The translations under genes and the position numbers were made by a program. Under the pieces are notes generated by a model. It was not told the DNA's origin. It searched no databases and worked only from the letters and a program-made list of their open reading frames with translations. From Dehalococcoidia bacterium (GTDB lineage: Bacteria; Chloroflexota; Dehalococcoidia; Bin125), in assembly GCA_963662615.2 (NCBI GenBank), contig CAXXSR010000002.1, forward strand, positions 480,001 through 544,000: 64,000 nt of DNA, given 5' to 3'. This document shows positions 9,342 through 19,279 of the stretch, in pieces; position 1 is the stretch's first letter, and every line of letters begins with the position of its first letter.

Positions 9342-11228
9342 ATGTCGCCAATCGACTTGGACCAGCTGTTGGCAGGCGTCTCCAAGCCGGCCCGCTACTG
9401 CGGTGGCGAATGGAATAGTCTGCCCCAACCCTGGGACGACGCCGCCGTCCGCTGGGCCCTGATCTATCCGGACGTCTACGACATTGGCATGTCGAACGGC
9501 GGGCTGGCGATCCTCTACGACATCCTCAACCGGGTCCCGCGCACGCTGGCGGAGCGCTGCTTTGCTCCCTGGCCGGACATGGAAGCGTCGCTGCGGGGGC
9601 AGGGTGCGCCGCTCTTCAGCCTGGAGAACCGGCGTCCGCTGGGCGAGTTCGACGTCTTGGGCTTCTCGCTCTCGTACGAGCTGACGTACACCAACGTGCT
9701 CAACATGCTGGATCTCGCCGGGATCTCCGTCCTGGCGGCCGGCCGCGGCGAGCGCGATCCACTGGTCATCGCCGGCGGATCCGGTGCGCTGGTGCCGGAG
9801 CCGCTGGCCACCGTGGTGGACGCCTTCGTGCTGGGCGAAGGCGAAGAGGTGGTGCTGGACGTGAACGCGCTCTTGCACGAGTGGAAAGAGGGCGGCGGCA
9901 GCCGCGCGGAGCTGCTGCGGCGCTTGGCGCGGATTCCGGGCGTCTACGTGCCGAGCTTCTACGAGTGGACGTACAACGATGACGGCACCGTTGCCGAGGT
10001 GGTGACGACGGATGCCGCGGCGCCACTGCCCGTGGTCAAGCGCACCATGCAGGGGCTGCCGCCGGTTTTGACCGCGCCCATTGTGCCGTTCCTGCAGACG
10101 GTGCACGACCGGGCCGGGATTGAGATCCAGCGAGGTTGCACGCAAGGCTGTCGCTTCTGTCAGGCCGGAATGATCTATCGGCCGCTGCGTGAGCGGACAC
10201 CGGAGGAGGTTGTGGCGGCGGCCAGGGCGCTGTTCGCCAGCACGGGCTACCAGGAGCTGTCGCTGGTCTCGCTGAGCAGCACGGACCACAGCCAGATCAA
10301 GGAGATCGTGTTCGCGCTGCGGGCGGCGTTTGGCGACAGCATCACGATTTCCTTGCCGAGTACGCGCGTCGATTCGTTCAGCGTAGACGTCGCGCTCGCC
10401 TGCGCTCCCGGCAAGAAGCACGGGATGACGTTCGCGCCGGAGGCGGGCAGTCAGCGGCTGCGCAACGCCATCAACAAGGTGGTCGCGGAGCAGGATCTGC
10501 TGGACGCCGCCCGCAACACCTTTGAGCAGGGCTGGACGAACATTAAGCTCTACTTCATGGTGGGCTTGCCCACCGAGACGATGGCCGACGTGCGGGGCAT
10601 TGTGGATTGGGCGGCGCAGGTGAAGCAGATCGGCCGGGAGGTGGTGGGGCCGCGGGCCCGCGTGCGCGTGTCCACGTCGAATCACGTGCCCAAGGCGCAC
10701 GCGCCCTTCCAATGGGCGCGGCAGGAGACGGCGGAGGAGCTGGCGCCGAAGCACGCGCTCCTCCGAGACGCCTGCCGTAAGGCGAGGCTGGACTTCACTT
10801 GGAACGACCCCCGGGAGTCAACCCTGGAGGGCGTGCTGAGCCGCGGCGACCGTCGCGTCGCAGATGTGGTGGTGGAAGCGTGGCGACGGGGAGCGCGATT
10901 CGACGCGTGGAGCGAGCATTACAATGCGGCAGCCTGGGATGGCGCCTTCCGCACGGTGGGGGTGGATCCGGCGTTCTACTGTCACCGCCAACGCGACCTC
11001 TGGGAGCGCTTCCCCTGGTCCCACATCGCCAGCGGGGTCAGTGAGGCGTTCCTGCGCAAGGAGTGGCTGCGCACGGAGAAGGAGCTGACCACGGACGACT
11101 GCCGGGACGGCTGCAACGTCTGCGGCCTGGAGCACGAGGCGCGGCTCTGCGAGATCAAGCTGGACGAGCTGATCGCAAGGAAACGGGGCACGTTGCGGGG
11201 AGAACCGGTCCCAGTCGTCTCTTCGTGA
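9342..11228 (+). CDS. TIGR03960-like B12-binding-domain radical SAM protein
   Basis: KPARY.GGE.N, YPD.Y..GMSN, RGCTQGCRFCQAG (CxxxCxxC), FAPEAGSQRLR and a C-terminal DC...C..CG; RBS GGAGG before ATG 9342. Confidence 0.88.
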   Translation: MSPIDLDQLLAGVSKPARYCGGEWNSLPQPWDDAAVRWALIYPDVYDIGMSNGGLAILYDILNRVPRTLAERCFAPWPDMEASLRGQGAPLFSLENRRPLGEFDVLGFSLSYELTYTNVLNMLDLAGISVLAAGRGERDPLVIAGGSGALVPEPLATVVDAFVLGEGEEVVLDVNALLHEWKEGGGSRAELLRRLARIPGVYVPSFYEWTYNDDGTVAEVVTTDAAAPLPVVKRTMQGLPPVLTAPIVPFLQTVHDRAGIEIQRGCTQGCRFCQAGMIYRPLRERTPEEVVAAARALFASTGYQELSLVSLSSTDHSQIKEIVFALRAAFGDSITISLPSTRVDSFSVDVALACAPGKKHGMTFAPEAGSQRLRNAINKVVAEQDLLDAARNTFEQGWTNIKLYFMVGLPTETMADVRGIVDWAAQVKQIGREVVGPRARVRVSTSNHVPKAHAPFQWARQETAEELAPKHALLRDACRKARLDFTWNDPRESTLEGVLSRGDRRVADVVVEAWRRGARFDAWSEHYNAAAWDGAFRTVGVDPAFYCHRQRDLWERFPWSHIASGVSEAFLRKEWLRTEKELTTDDCRDGCNVCGLEHEARLCEIKLDELIARKRGTLRGEPVPVVSS

Positions 11229-11237
11229 GTTCGTGAG
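11222..11237. repeat. 8-bp tandem duplication across the radical SAM stop codon
   Basis: TTCGTGAG TTCGTGAG; the second copy supplies a possible GTG start for the next ORF. Confidence 0.6.
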
Positions 11238-11757
11238 CCGGAGCGGCGAACGGATGGGTCGAGAGGTCCTCGATCATCTGGTTTGGCAGTTGGATGAATG
11301 CTTCGAGCGCAAGCCCGAGCATTCGCTGATGGCGAACCTCTCTTCCGTCACGCCGGATGACTTGGAGCGGTTGCCCCCCGGCGGCGGTCGCACGGTGCGC
11401 GACATCATTGTGCACTGCGCGTCCGTGAAGCGGATGCACACGAGTCATGCCTTTGGTGATCGGGAGCTGCAGTGGTGGACGGCGTGGGATGGGGAGGGCG
11501 AGCAGACGGAGGCCGACTTTGAGGCGCTCTTGGCGTGGTTGCGGCGCGCCCATGCTGAGGCGCAGGAGGCGGTCCGATCCCTCAGTGACGACTCGGAGCT
11601 GCTGGCGGAGCGGCACACGCACTGGGGCGAGTTACGGGCGACGCGCCTGATCATTGACGCGATCCTGATTCACGACGTCTACCACGCCGGCGAGATCAAC
11701 CACCTGCGGGGGCTGCTGCAGCAGGCGGACCACTTCCCCCACGGCGGCCGGACTTAA
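11233..11757 (+). CDS. DinB-family protein (start 11233 or 11254)
   Basis: TVRDIIVH and HDVYHAGEI give the DinB-superfamily His triad. Confidence 0.85.
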   Translation: MSRSGERMGREVLDHLVWQLDECFERKPEHSLMANLSSVTPDDLERLPPGGGRTVRDIIVHCASVKRMHTSHAFGDRELQWWTAWDGEGEQTEADFEALLAWLRRAHAEAQEAVRSLSDDSELLAERHTHWGELRATRLIIDAILIHDVYHAGEINHLRGLLQQADHFPHGGRT

Positions 11758-11859
11758 CCGCCGCGTCAGAGCCGCAGCCGGCGGGCGCAGTTCGTCCGTC
11801 GTCCCTTCAGCCCTGCGGGGCCCTAAGGACGGGGACGCGTAGGGCGAACGGGGCTGCTG

Positions 11860-13125
11860 TCAGGGGAAGATGCCGCGGATGGCCGTAGCTTCCACCACGC
11901 GCTGCACGCCCACAATATGGGCGGCCTCCCGCAGGGGAACGCTGCGAGTCTCGGCCGTCTCCCAGACCTGCGCGAAGGCGCGACGCATGATCCGCGCCAA
12001 GCGCTGGTTGACCTCATCCTCCTCCCAGAAGAATGACTGCAGATCCTGGACCCATTCCATGTAGGAGACGGTGACGCCCCCGGCGTTGGCGAGGATGTCC
12101 GGGAGGACGGTGATGCCGCGCTGGCGCAGTATCGCGTCGGCGTCGGGGCTGGTGGGCCCGTTCGCCGCTTCCACCACGACCTTGGCGCGGATGCGGTCGG
12201 CGTTCTCGGCCAGGATCACGTTCTCCACGGCGGCCGGGACGAGATAGTCGCAGTCCAATTCCAGCAGTTCAGCGTTGCTGATGCGGTCGGCATGGGGCAG
12301 GGGCTGAACGAAGCGGCCGCGGTCGTCGGCGCAGTCCAGCACCGCCGGAATATCGAGGCCGTGGGCGTTGTAGTAGCCGGCCGCCGAGTCGGAGACGGCG
12401 ATGAGGCGGGCGCCCGAGCGCTGGAGGAGCCGCGCGGCAACGCTGCCCACCTGCCCGAACCCCTGCACCGCGACCCGCAGCCCCTCCAGCGTTTCGCCAC
12501 GGCGCTTGACCAACTCCTCAATGCAGATGAGCACGCCGCGACCCGTTGCCTCATAGCGGCCCAGGCTGCCGCCCACGGAGACCGGCTTGCCCGTGACCAC
12601 GGCCGGGACGGTGTGCCCCTGTGCCATGGAGTAGGTGTCCATCATCCAGGCCATGACGCGGGCGTCCGTCCCCATGTCCGGCGCGGGGATGTCCCGATCC
12701 GGCCCAATGATGGGCACCAGCTCCGAGAAGTAGCGGCGGCTGAGGTTCTCCAGTTCCGCCTCGCTGAGTTCCGCCGGATCCACCACCACCCCGCCCTTGG
12801 CGCCGCCAAAGGGGAGGTTGACCACCGCGCACTTCCACGTCATCCACATGGCCAGGGCGCGGACGTCGTCAAGGGAAACGTGGCCGGAGTAGCGGATGCC
12901 GCCTTTGAACGGCCCGCGCGCGTCATTGTGCTGCACACGGTAACCCCGGAAAACGCGGACGCTGCCGTCGTCCATCTCCACGGGGAAGTTGACCGTGAGT
13001 TCGCGCTTGGGGCGCTTGAGCATCTCCACTTTGCGCGGATCAAGGCTGAGGGAGGCGACCGCCGCCTCCAGTTGGCGCACCGCGGAGGCGTAGGGGTTGG
13101 GAGCGCGGGGTCCGGCAACGGTCAT
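11860..13125 (-). CDS. gdhA: Glu/Leu/Phe/Val-family dehydrogenase, most likely glutamate dehydrogenase
   Basis: GP.KGG.RY, MTWK, PFGGAKGG, PAPDMGT, QGFGQVG and PDILANAGGVTVSY.EW; ATG 13125 with a GGAGG RBS. Confidence 0.93.
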   Translation of the reverse strand: MTVAGPRAPNPYASAVRQLEAAVASLSLDPRKVEMLKRPKRELTVNFPVEMDDGSVRVFRGYRVQHNDARGPFKGGIRYSGHVSLDDVRALAMWMTWKCAVVNLPFGGAKGGVVVDPAELSEAELENLSRRYFSELVPIIGPDRDIPAPDMGTDARVMAWMMDTYSMAQGHTVPAVVTGKPVSVGGSLGRYEATGRGVLICIEELVKRRGETLEGLRVAVQGFGQVGSVAARLLQRSGARLIAVSDSAAGYYNAHGLDIPAVLDCADDRGRFVQPLPHADRISNAELLELDCDYLVPAAVENVILAENADRIRAKVVVEAANGPTSPDADAILRQRGITVLPDILANAGGVTVSYMEWVQDLQSFFWEEDEVNQRLARIMRRAFAQVWETAETRSVPLREAAHIVGVQRVVEATAIRGIFP

Positions 13126-13168
13126 GGGGAGTCGCCTCCAGGGAAGGGCTCGGCTGCGCTCACACGCC

Positions 13169-14476
13169 TCAGAGGTGCAGCGCCGCCTCGAAAGGAGACG
13201 TCCCCTCGAAGGGCCCCACGACGGCGAGATAGAGGTTCTCGTCGCGGAACAACGTGTTCGCGGCGCCGACGAGATCGTCGCTGGTGACCGTTTCGATCTT
13301 CGCCACCACCTCCTCAACGCTGAGGGTGCGGTCCAGCAGCAACGCCTGCCCGCCGTACCAGGAGGAGACCGCGCGGGTGTCCTCCATATTCAGCAGCATG
13401 CGGCCCTTGGTGTATTCCAGGACCTTGCGCAGTTCCTCGGCGGGGATGCCATCACCCAGACGTCGCAGCTCCGCGAGCGTGGCCAGCAACGCCTCCAAGG
13501 AGTTGTCCGGGTCCACGCCCATGTAGATCGCAACGGAGCCCGTATCGCGGTAGGTGGCAGCGTAGGCGTGGACGTCGTAGGCGAGGCCCAGATCCTCTCG
13601 CAACGACACGAAGAGGCGACTGCTCATGCCGTCGCCGAGGAGGCCGGCAAGGAGGCTCACCGCGTAGCGGTCGGGATCCACGGCCGACACGCCGGGCACC
13701 GCAAGCATCAGATGGGCCTGTTCGGTCGCCTTGTGGCGCAGCCGCACCTGGGGGTGATCGGGCGCCGGCGGCTTGACCGCCTCCCAGGAGCCGGGCAGGC
13801 CGTGGTCCCATTCTGCTGTCGCGCTTTCGACGATGGCGGCGACGCGATCGGGATCGGCTGCGCCGGCGACGGAGATCATCGCGTTGGTGGGGGCATACTG
13901 ATCGCGCCGGTACGCGACCGCGCGGGCCCGCGAGATGGCGCGGACCGATTCCGGGGTACCGGCCACGTCACGGCCCAGCGGCTGCTCCGGCCAGAGCAGG
14001 CTGTCCAGGGCGATCTCCACGAGTTGGCTGGGGCTGTCCTCCACGCCGGCGAGCTCTTCCAGGATGACGTTGCGCTCTTTCTCAAGCTCATCCGCGTCGA
14101 AGATGGGCCGCAAGACCATATCGATCACAATGTCCAGTGCGGTCTCCAGATGATCGCGGGGGACCTTGGCGTAGTAGACGGTGAGTTCGCGATCCGTGCC
14201 GGCGTTGAGCACGCCGCCGACGCTCTCAATGGCTTCGGAGATTTGCTGGGCGCTGGGCCGGCGCGGCGTTCCCTTGAAGCAGCAGTGTTCCACCAGGTGC
14301 GAGATGCCGGCGTCGGCGTCGCCTTCGTAACGGGAGCCGGCGCCGAAGTAGAAGCTCACGGTGACGGAGCGGGCGTACGCCATGGTCGACGTGAGCACGC
14401 GGAGGCCGTTGGGCAGAACGCGGCTGTCCAGCACTGGAGGAGGCGCGGACAGGTCGGTCGTGGCACTCTCCCTCAT
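13169..14476 (-). CDS. M16 (pitrilysin) family zinc peptidase
   Basis: HLVEH (HxxEH), NAGT..E and GMSSRLF..LRE..GLAY. Confidence 0.93.
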   Translation of the reverse strand: MRESATTDLSAPPPVLDSRVLPNGLRVLTSTMAYARSVTVSFYFGAGSRYEGDADAGISHLVEHCCFKGTPRRPSAQQISEAIESVGGVLNAGTDRELTVYYAKVPRDHLETALDIVIDMVLRPIFDADELEKERNVILEELAGVEDSPSQLVEIALDSLLWPEQPLGRDVAGTPESVRAISRARAVAYRRDQYAPTNAMISVAGAADPDRVAAIVESATAEWDHGLPGSWEAVKPPAPDHPQVRLRHKATEQAHLMLAVPGVSAVDPDRYAVSLLAGLLGDGMSSRLFVSLREDLGLAYDVHAYAATYRDTGSVAIYMGVDPDNSLEALLATLAELRRLGDGIPAEELRKVLEYTKGRMLLNMEDTRAVSSWYGGQALLLDRTLSVEEVVAKIETVTSDDLVGAANTLFRDENLYLAVVGPFEGTSPFEAALHL

Positions 14477-14740
14477 GGCGCGTCCTCAACTCGCGGGCGC
14501 CGCGTCCCTGGGGTTCGGCCTTGTCCGGCCGCCCCCCGACGGCGAGCGCGTCGGGGCGCTCGGTGCTCGTGATTCTGGAGCAGCACAAGATCCTCGCCGC
14601 CACTAACCTCACGCGCGGGCTCCAGGAGATGCCTTGCGGCCGCATACGCGGCGGGTCGGCGCTGGTCGTCACACGGAGGGCGGCGAGAGTGTAGAGGACG
14701 GAGAGGCGCGCCGCCATCCAAGCGCCCCGGCCCCGATCCC

Positions 14741-14776
14741 TGCGATGTGGCTTGCAATGTCGCCTGCAATGTCGCA
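14741..14776. repeat. 12-bp tandem repeat x3 in the divergent M16/lysA intergenic region
   Basis: TGCGATGTGGCT TGCAATGTCGCC TGCAATGTCGCA. Confidence 0.75.
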
Positions 14777-14968
14777 TAGCTCACGCACCCTGCCGTCCTC
14801 TGCGTCGGCGATGGACGCCTCTGCGGATGCCTGCGTACAATCAGGAGGCGGCGTTTCTGTGCGGCGCTGCAGACACAGGCGTACTTGGGAGTTCCGCGCG
14901 CGGCCGCCGCATCCGCCCCCGAACGAGGGGGCGATTTCGGAGGAGCCGGCGCGGAGGGTTCGATCTCT

Positions 14969-16336
14969 GTGGCGACTGAACGCGGCGAGGCCTTTCCGCA
15001 GGCCTCGCTCTTCCCCTTCAGCGTTGAGGCCGATGCCGCCGGACGGTTGCGCATCGGCGGCTGCGACGTGCCGTCGCTCGCCGCCGAGTATGGGACGCCG
15101 CTCTACCTCTACGACGAGGCGACCATCCGCAGCATGTGCCGCGAATACCGCCGCGAGTTCGGTGAGCGCCTCCCGGACGCCCGTGTGCTCTATGCCGCCA
15201 AGGCGTATTTAAGCCCCTACCTCGCCGCCATTCTGGCGGAGGAGGGGATCGGGATCGAAGTGGTGTCGGGCGGGGAGCTGTTCGTGGCGCGCGCGGGTGG
15301 CTGCCCGGCCGAACGGATGGCGTTGCACGGCAACAACAAGAGCGAGCAAGAGTTGGAGGAGGCGCTGGCGGCGGGCGTCGCTCGGGTGGTGGTGGATAAC
15401 GCGTCCGAACTGGACTCGTTGGCACGGCTGGCGGCCGCTCAGGGCCGGCGCCAGCCGATCATGCTGCGTCTGGCGCCCGGCATAGACGCGCATACGCACC
15501 GCAAGACCAGCACCGGCCTCCAGGACAGTAAGTTCGGCTTTCCGATCCAGGGAGGCTCGGCGGAGGCGGCGGTGGCGCGGGCGCTGGCCGAGCCCTCTCT
15601 GGAGCTGACCGGGTATCACGTGCACCTGGGCTCGCCGATCTATGAGCCGGAGCCCTACACGCTGGGAATCGACGTGGTGGTAGCGTTCGCCGCGGCCATG
15701 CGGGAGGCTCACGGCTTCGTCTGGCGCGAGTTCAGCCCGGGTGGCGGCTTCGCCGTCAGCTACACCGCCGACCGCCCGGCTCCATCCATCGCGCGCTACG
15801 CGGAGACGATCGCTGCGGCGCTGCGCGGCGCCTGCGCGCGTCACGGCTTGCCCTTGCCAACGGTGCATCTTGAGCCGGGGCGGTCGCTGGTGGCGCGGGC
15901 CGGAGTGGCGCTCTACACGGTGGGCGCGCGCAAGGAGATCCCCGGCGTCCGCAAGTACGTGTCCGTTGACGGCGGCATGGCCGACAACATCCGGCCGGCC
16001 CTCTATGAGTCGCGTTACGCGGCCGTGTTGGCTAATCGGATGCATGCCCCCGTCGCGGAGACCGTGACCGTGGCGGGCAGATTCTGCGAGAGCGGCGATG
16101 TGCTCATCCGGGACATCGCGCTGCCGCGACTGGAGCGGGGGGACTTGCTGGCCGTGCCGGCGAGCGGCGCCTATCACGTGGCTATGGAGAGCAACTACAA
16201 CCTCGCCCAGCGTCCCGCCGTGCTCTTCGTCCACGACGGCGACGTCCAGCTCGTCCGTCGCCGCCAGTCGTACGAGGATCTGCTGGCGCTGGAGTTGCTG
16301 CCGGAGCGCGTGGCGGCGCCGGAGGCGCGGGCATGA
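14969..16336 (+). CDS. lysA: Diaminopimelate decarboxylase
   Basis: YGTPLY, YAAKA (PLP lysine), HGNNKS, SKFG, H.HLGS, GGGF, EPGR, GRFCESGD and GAY; GTG start with GGAGGG RBS; -10-like TACAAT at 14836-14841. Confidence 0.96.
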   Translation: MATERGEAFPQASLFPFSVEADAAGRLRIGGCDVPSLAAEYGTPLYLYDEATIRSMCREYRREFGERLPDARVLYAAKAYLSPYLAAILAEEGIGIEVVSGGELFVARAGGCPAERMALHGNNKSEQELEEALAAGVARVVVDNASELDSLARLAAAQGRRQPIMLRLAPGIDAHTHRKTSTGLQDSKFGFPIQGGSAEAAVARALAEPSLELTGYHVHLGSPIYEPEPYTLGIDVVVAFAAAMREAHGFVWREFSPGGGFAVSYTADRPAPSIARYAETIAAALRGACARHGLPLPTVHLEPGRSLVARAGVALYTVGARKEIPGVRKYVSVDGGMADNIRPALYESRYAAVLANRMHAPVAETVTVAGRFCESGDVLIRDIALPRLERGDLLAVPASGAYHVAMESNYNLAQRPAVLFVHDGDVQLVRRRQSYEDLLALELLPERVAAPEARA

Positions 16337-17448
16337 GCAGTGCCAGCGCCGTGGCGGATGTGGGCGTGGCCGCCGGCTGGGGCGTCGTTGGCGGTGCGCG
16401 AGCGGTGGCGACTCTGCAGCGGATGGTCGCGGCCGAGCGGGTTCCCCACGCCCTCTTGATTGTCGGGCCCGCGCAGGTGGGCAAGAGCCGCGTCGCCCTT
16501 GGCCTTGCCCGCGCGCTCAACTGCTTGGCGCCCGCGGAGGGGGAAGCGACGCCCGTCGTTCCCTGCGGACAGTGCCGCGCCTGTCAGTGCATCGACGCCG
16601 GCGCCCACGCCGATGTCGAGATCGTTGCCCCCGGAGGCCTCTGCCGGGTGGCGGAGCACGACCATCGCCACAGCCGCAGCATCGGCATCTGTGCCATCCG
16701 GCGGCTGGAGATGGCGGCGATCATCCAGCCTTACGAGGGCCGCCGCCGCGTCTACATCCTTGATCCGGCCGACGCCCTCACAGCGGAGGCGGCCGACGCT
16801 TTCTTGAAGACGCTGGAAGAGCCCCCCGCCGCGGTCACGTTCCTGCTGGTCACGTCACGGCCGGCGCTGCTCCCCGAGACAGTGCGGTCACGCTGCCGCA
16901 GTGTGACCGTGGCGCCGCTGGCCGTGAAGGAGCTGGCGGCCTGGTTGGAGGCGGAGCAGGGCCTGGCGGCGGATGAGGCGCGCATGCTGGCCCAAGGCGC
17001 GAGAGGCCGCGTGGGCGCGGCTCTGGCCGAACTGCGCGAAGGCGATCCGCGGGCGCGGCAACGCGCGCAGCGTGAGGAGATCCGGCGGCTTTGCGCGGCC
17101 GGCCGTGCCGAGCGCTTCGCCTACGCGGAGGCGCTCGCCGGGCGGAGGGGCCAGGTGGATAACGCTCTGCTGGCGCTGGAGGGCTGGATCGACTGGTGGC
17201 GGGATATGCTGCTATCGGAGGCGGGCTGCGAGGACGGGATTCGCGATCAGGAGGAGTGGCGCGAGCGGGAGTCGGCGTCGCATCGGTACGCGCCGGCGCA
17301 GATCTGCAAATTTCTGGGAGAGCTGCATCGCACGCGGGAGCTGATCCGTCAGGGCGTCAGCGCCCGCTTGGCTCTGGAGGCGTTGCTTGTGGATGTGCCG
17401 GCGCCGCGCGAGTCGGCGGACAACGGCCGAACGGAGGGAGGACCGTAA
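16333..17448 (+). CDS. holB: DNA polymerase III delta-prime subunit
   Basis: HALLIVGP..VGK, zinc motif CGQCRAC, FLKTLEEPP and TVRSRC; followed by PSP1/yaaT as in Firmicutes. Confidence 0.92.
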   Translation: MSSASAVADVGVAAGWGVVGGARAVATLQRMVAAERVPHALLIVGPAQVGKSRVALGLARALNCLAPAEGEATPVVPCGQCRACQCIDAGAHADVEIVAPGGLCRVAEHDHRHSRSIGICAIRRLEMAAIIQPYEGRRRVYILDPADALTAEAADAFLKTLEEPPAAVTFLLVTSRPALLPETVRSRCRSVTVAPLAVKELAAWLEAEQGLAADEARMLAQGARGRVGAALAELREGDPRARQRAQREEIRRLCAAGRAERFAYAEALAGRRGQVDNALLALEGWIDWWRDMLLSEAGCEDGIRDQEEWRERESASHRYAPAQICKFLGELHRTRELIRQGVSARLALEALLVDVPAPRESADNGRTEGGP

Positions 17449-17449
17449 G

Positions 17450-18691
17450 ATGGCACCCCGCGTGATCGGCGTGCGCTTTCGAGAGGCGTCGAAGATCTAC
17501 CACTTCGCGCCACCCGACTACCCGCTGCACGCCAGCGACTATGTGGTCGTGGATACGCCGATGGGCCTGGAGATGGGGCGCGTGGTCACGGTTCCGGAAG
17601 ACGACGACGGCGACGTCCCACCCGACACCAAACCCGTTGTCCGCTTGGCCGATCAGCAGGACCGCGACGCAGCCCAGCAGATGCGCGACCGCGCCGAGCA
17701 GATGCTGGAGCGGACGCGGCAGCTCATTGTGGAGCACGGCCTGGAAATGTATGCGGCGGCGTTCCAGATCAATCTCAGCGGTGCGAACGCCACCTGCTAC
17801 TTCCAAGCGAATGGGCCGGTGGATTTCCGAGCCGCGGTGGAGGCGCTGGAGGCGGAGTTCGGGCTTCGCCTGCAGATGAAGCATGCCGGCGCCCGTGATC
17901 GCGCGAAGTTGGTGGACGGCCACGACATCTGCGGCCTCCGCCTCTGCTGTTCGTCCTGGATGACCGAGTTCCCCAAAGTGGGCGTGCGTATGGCGAAGGA
18001 GCAGCAGCTGGCGCTCAATCCCGACAAGATCTCGGGCGTCTGCGGCCGTCTCCTCTGCTGCCTCACTTTTGAGTACGACGTCTATCGGGAGATGCGCGGC
18101 GTGCTCCCCAAAGTCGGCAAGAAGGTCTCCACCCCCGCGGGCATGGGCAGAGTCATTCAGGTGAACGTCCTCAAGGAGACGGCGACGATCGCGCTGGACG
18201 ACTCGCCCCAGCGCGTGGAGGTGCCCGCCAAGGAGATGGGCATGGCGGTGCGGACCGAAGAGCAGTTGAACCAGGCCTTGATTGATACCCCGGGGGTAGG
18301 AGGTGCGCGAGGGGACGCGGTGGCTAAGGACAGGGTGGCTAAGGACACGGCGACTGAAACGGCCGAGCCGGACGCGACGGCGGCATCGACGGGGCAAGGT
18401 GAGGCGGCGAGGGCGCCGGCGCGCCGTCGCCGGCGTGGCCGCGGGGGCGCTCAGGGGGCGCCCACCGCTCCGAGCACAGCCCCCAGCACCGCCCCAACTA
18501 CTGCCCCAGACAACGCCGCGTCGCCGCCCAGCGATGCGCCGCCGGCCGCAGCCGGCCAAGCCGGAGCGGCAGGGGAGACGCCGCGCCGACGCCGACGCAG
18601 GCGCCGCCGTCGCTCCGGGGACGGGGATCGGGGCCGAGAGGGCGACGCGGGCGGGAGCGAGAAGGCGCCGGATCCTCCCCCGGCCGGCTAG
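17450..18691 (+). CDS. PSP1 C-terminal domain protein (YaaT/RicT family) with a long disordered Arg-rich tail
   Basis: GVRF, VDFR, ICG..LCC, MAKEQ.L.LNP.KISG.CGRL.CCL..EY; holB synteny. Confidence 0.9.
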   Translation: MAPRVIGVRFREASKIYHFAPPDYPLHASDYVVVDTPMGLEMGRVVTVPEDDDGDVPPDTKPVVRLADQQDRDAAQQMRDRAEQMLERTRQLIVEHGLEMYAAAFQINLSGANATCYFQANGPVDFRAAVEALEAEFGLRLQMKHAGARDRAKLVDGHDICGLRLCCSSWMTEFPKVGVRMAKEQQLALNPDKISGVCGRLLCCLTFEYDVYREMRGVLPKVGKKVSTPAGMGRVIQVNVLKETATIALDDSPQRVEVPAKEMGMAVRTEEQLNQALIDTPGVGGARGDAVAKDRVAKDTATETAEPDATAASTGQGEAARAPARRRRRGRGGAQGAPTAPSTAPSTAPTTAPDNAASPPSDAPPAAAGQAGAAGETPRRRRRRRRRRSGDGDRGREGDAGGSEKAPDPPPAG

Positions 18692-19149
18692 CTCCGCACC
18701 TCCACGATCACATCCACCTCAACCGGCGCGCCTCCGGGCAGCTCGGCGACGCCCAAGGCGAGGCGGCTGCCGACGCCGTCGTCACCGAAGACGTCCCGGA
18801 ACAACTCCGAGGCGCCGTTGATCACTTCCGGTTGGCGCTGGAAGCCCTCGGCGGAGGCGACGTAGCCCGTCAGACGGACGAGCCGCACGACGCGGTCGAG
18901 CGAGCCGGTCAGCTGCGCCAGGATGGCCAGGCAGTTGACGGCCGCCTGGCGCGCGGCGGCGCGGCCTTCGTCGATCGATAGTTCACGACCGAGCTTTCCC
19001 CGGGCGGTGAGTTCGCCACCGGCGAGGTTGACCTGACCGGCCACGAAGACGAGGTTTCCCGTCTGGACCGCGAGCCTGTAGAGGCCGGCGGGCGTGGTTG
19101 GCTCAGGCAGTTCGAGGCCCAATTCCGCGAGGCGATCGATCGCAGCCAT
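18688..19149 (-). CDS. RidA/YjgF-family protein
   Basis: LVFVAGQ, VINGASEL, R.ALGVAELP.GAPVEV. Confidence 0.9.
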   Translation of the reverse strand: MAAIDRLAELGLELPEPTTPAGLYRLAVQTGNLVFVAGQVNLAGGELTARGKLGRELSIDEGRAAARQAAVNCLAILAQLTGSLDRVVRLVRLTGYVASAEGFQRQPEVINGASELFRDVFGDDGVGSRLALGVAELPGGAPVEVDVIVEVRS

Positions 19150-19279
19150 ACGTGTCTCGATTCCGTTTGTGCCGCCATGGAGCCGAACCGTTCGGTGCGG
19201 CCGTCCCGCGCCGGAGCGCGATCCCGGCGCATGCTAGCGCACGCCACCGCACGCGGAGATCGGGGGGCTGTGGAGAGGG

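Noticed and set aside
14480-14740. Housekeeping ncRNA (6S, SRP, RNase P, tmRNA) or small ORF in the M16/lysA intergenic region
   Set aside because: No diagnostic motifs found, and the overlapping ORFs have no credible RBS or protein features. A 6S RNA cannot be excluded by eye.
14690-14830. Lysine riboswitch upstream of lysA (AGAGGCGCG resembles its 5' end)
   Set aside because: The downstream conserved elements (GAAAGG, GCCGAA) and the multi-stem architecture are missing, and the motif lies upstream of the likely -10.
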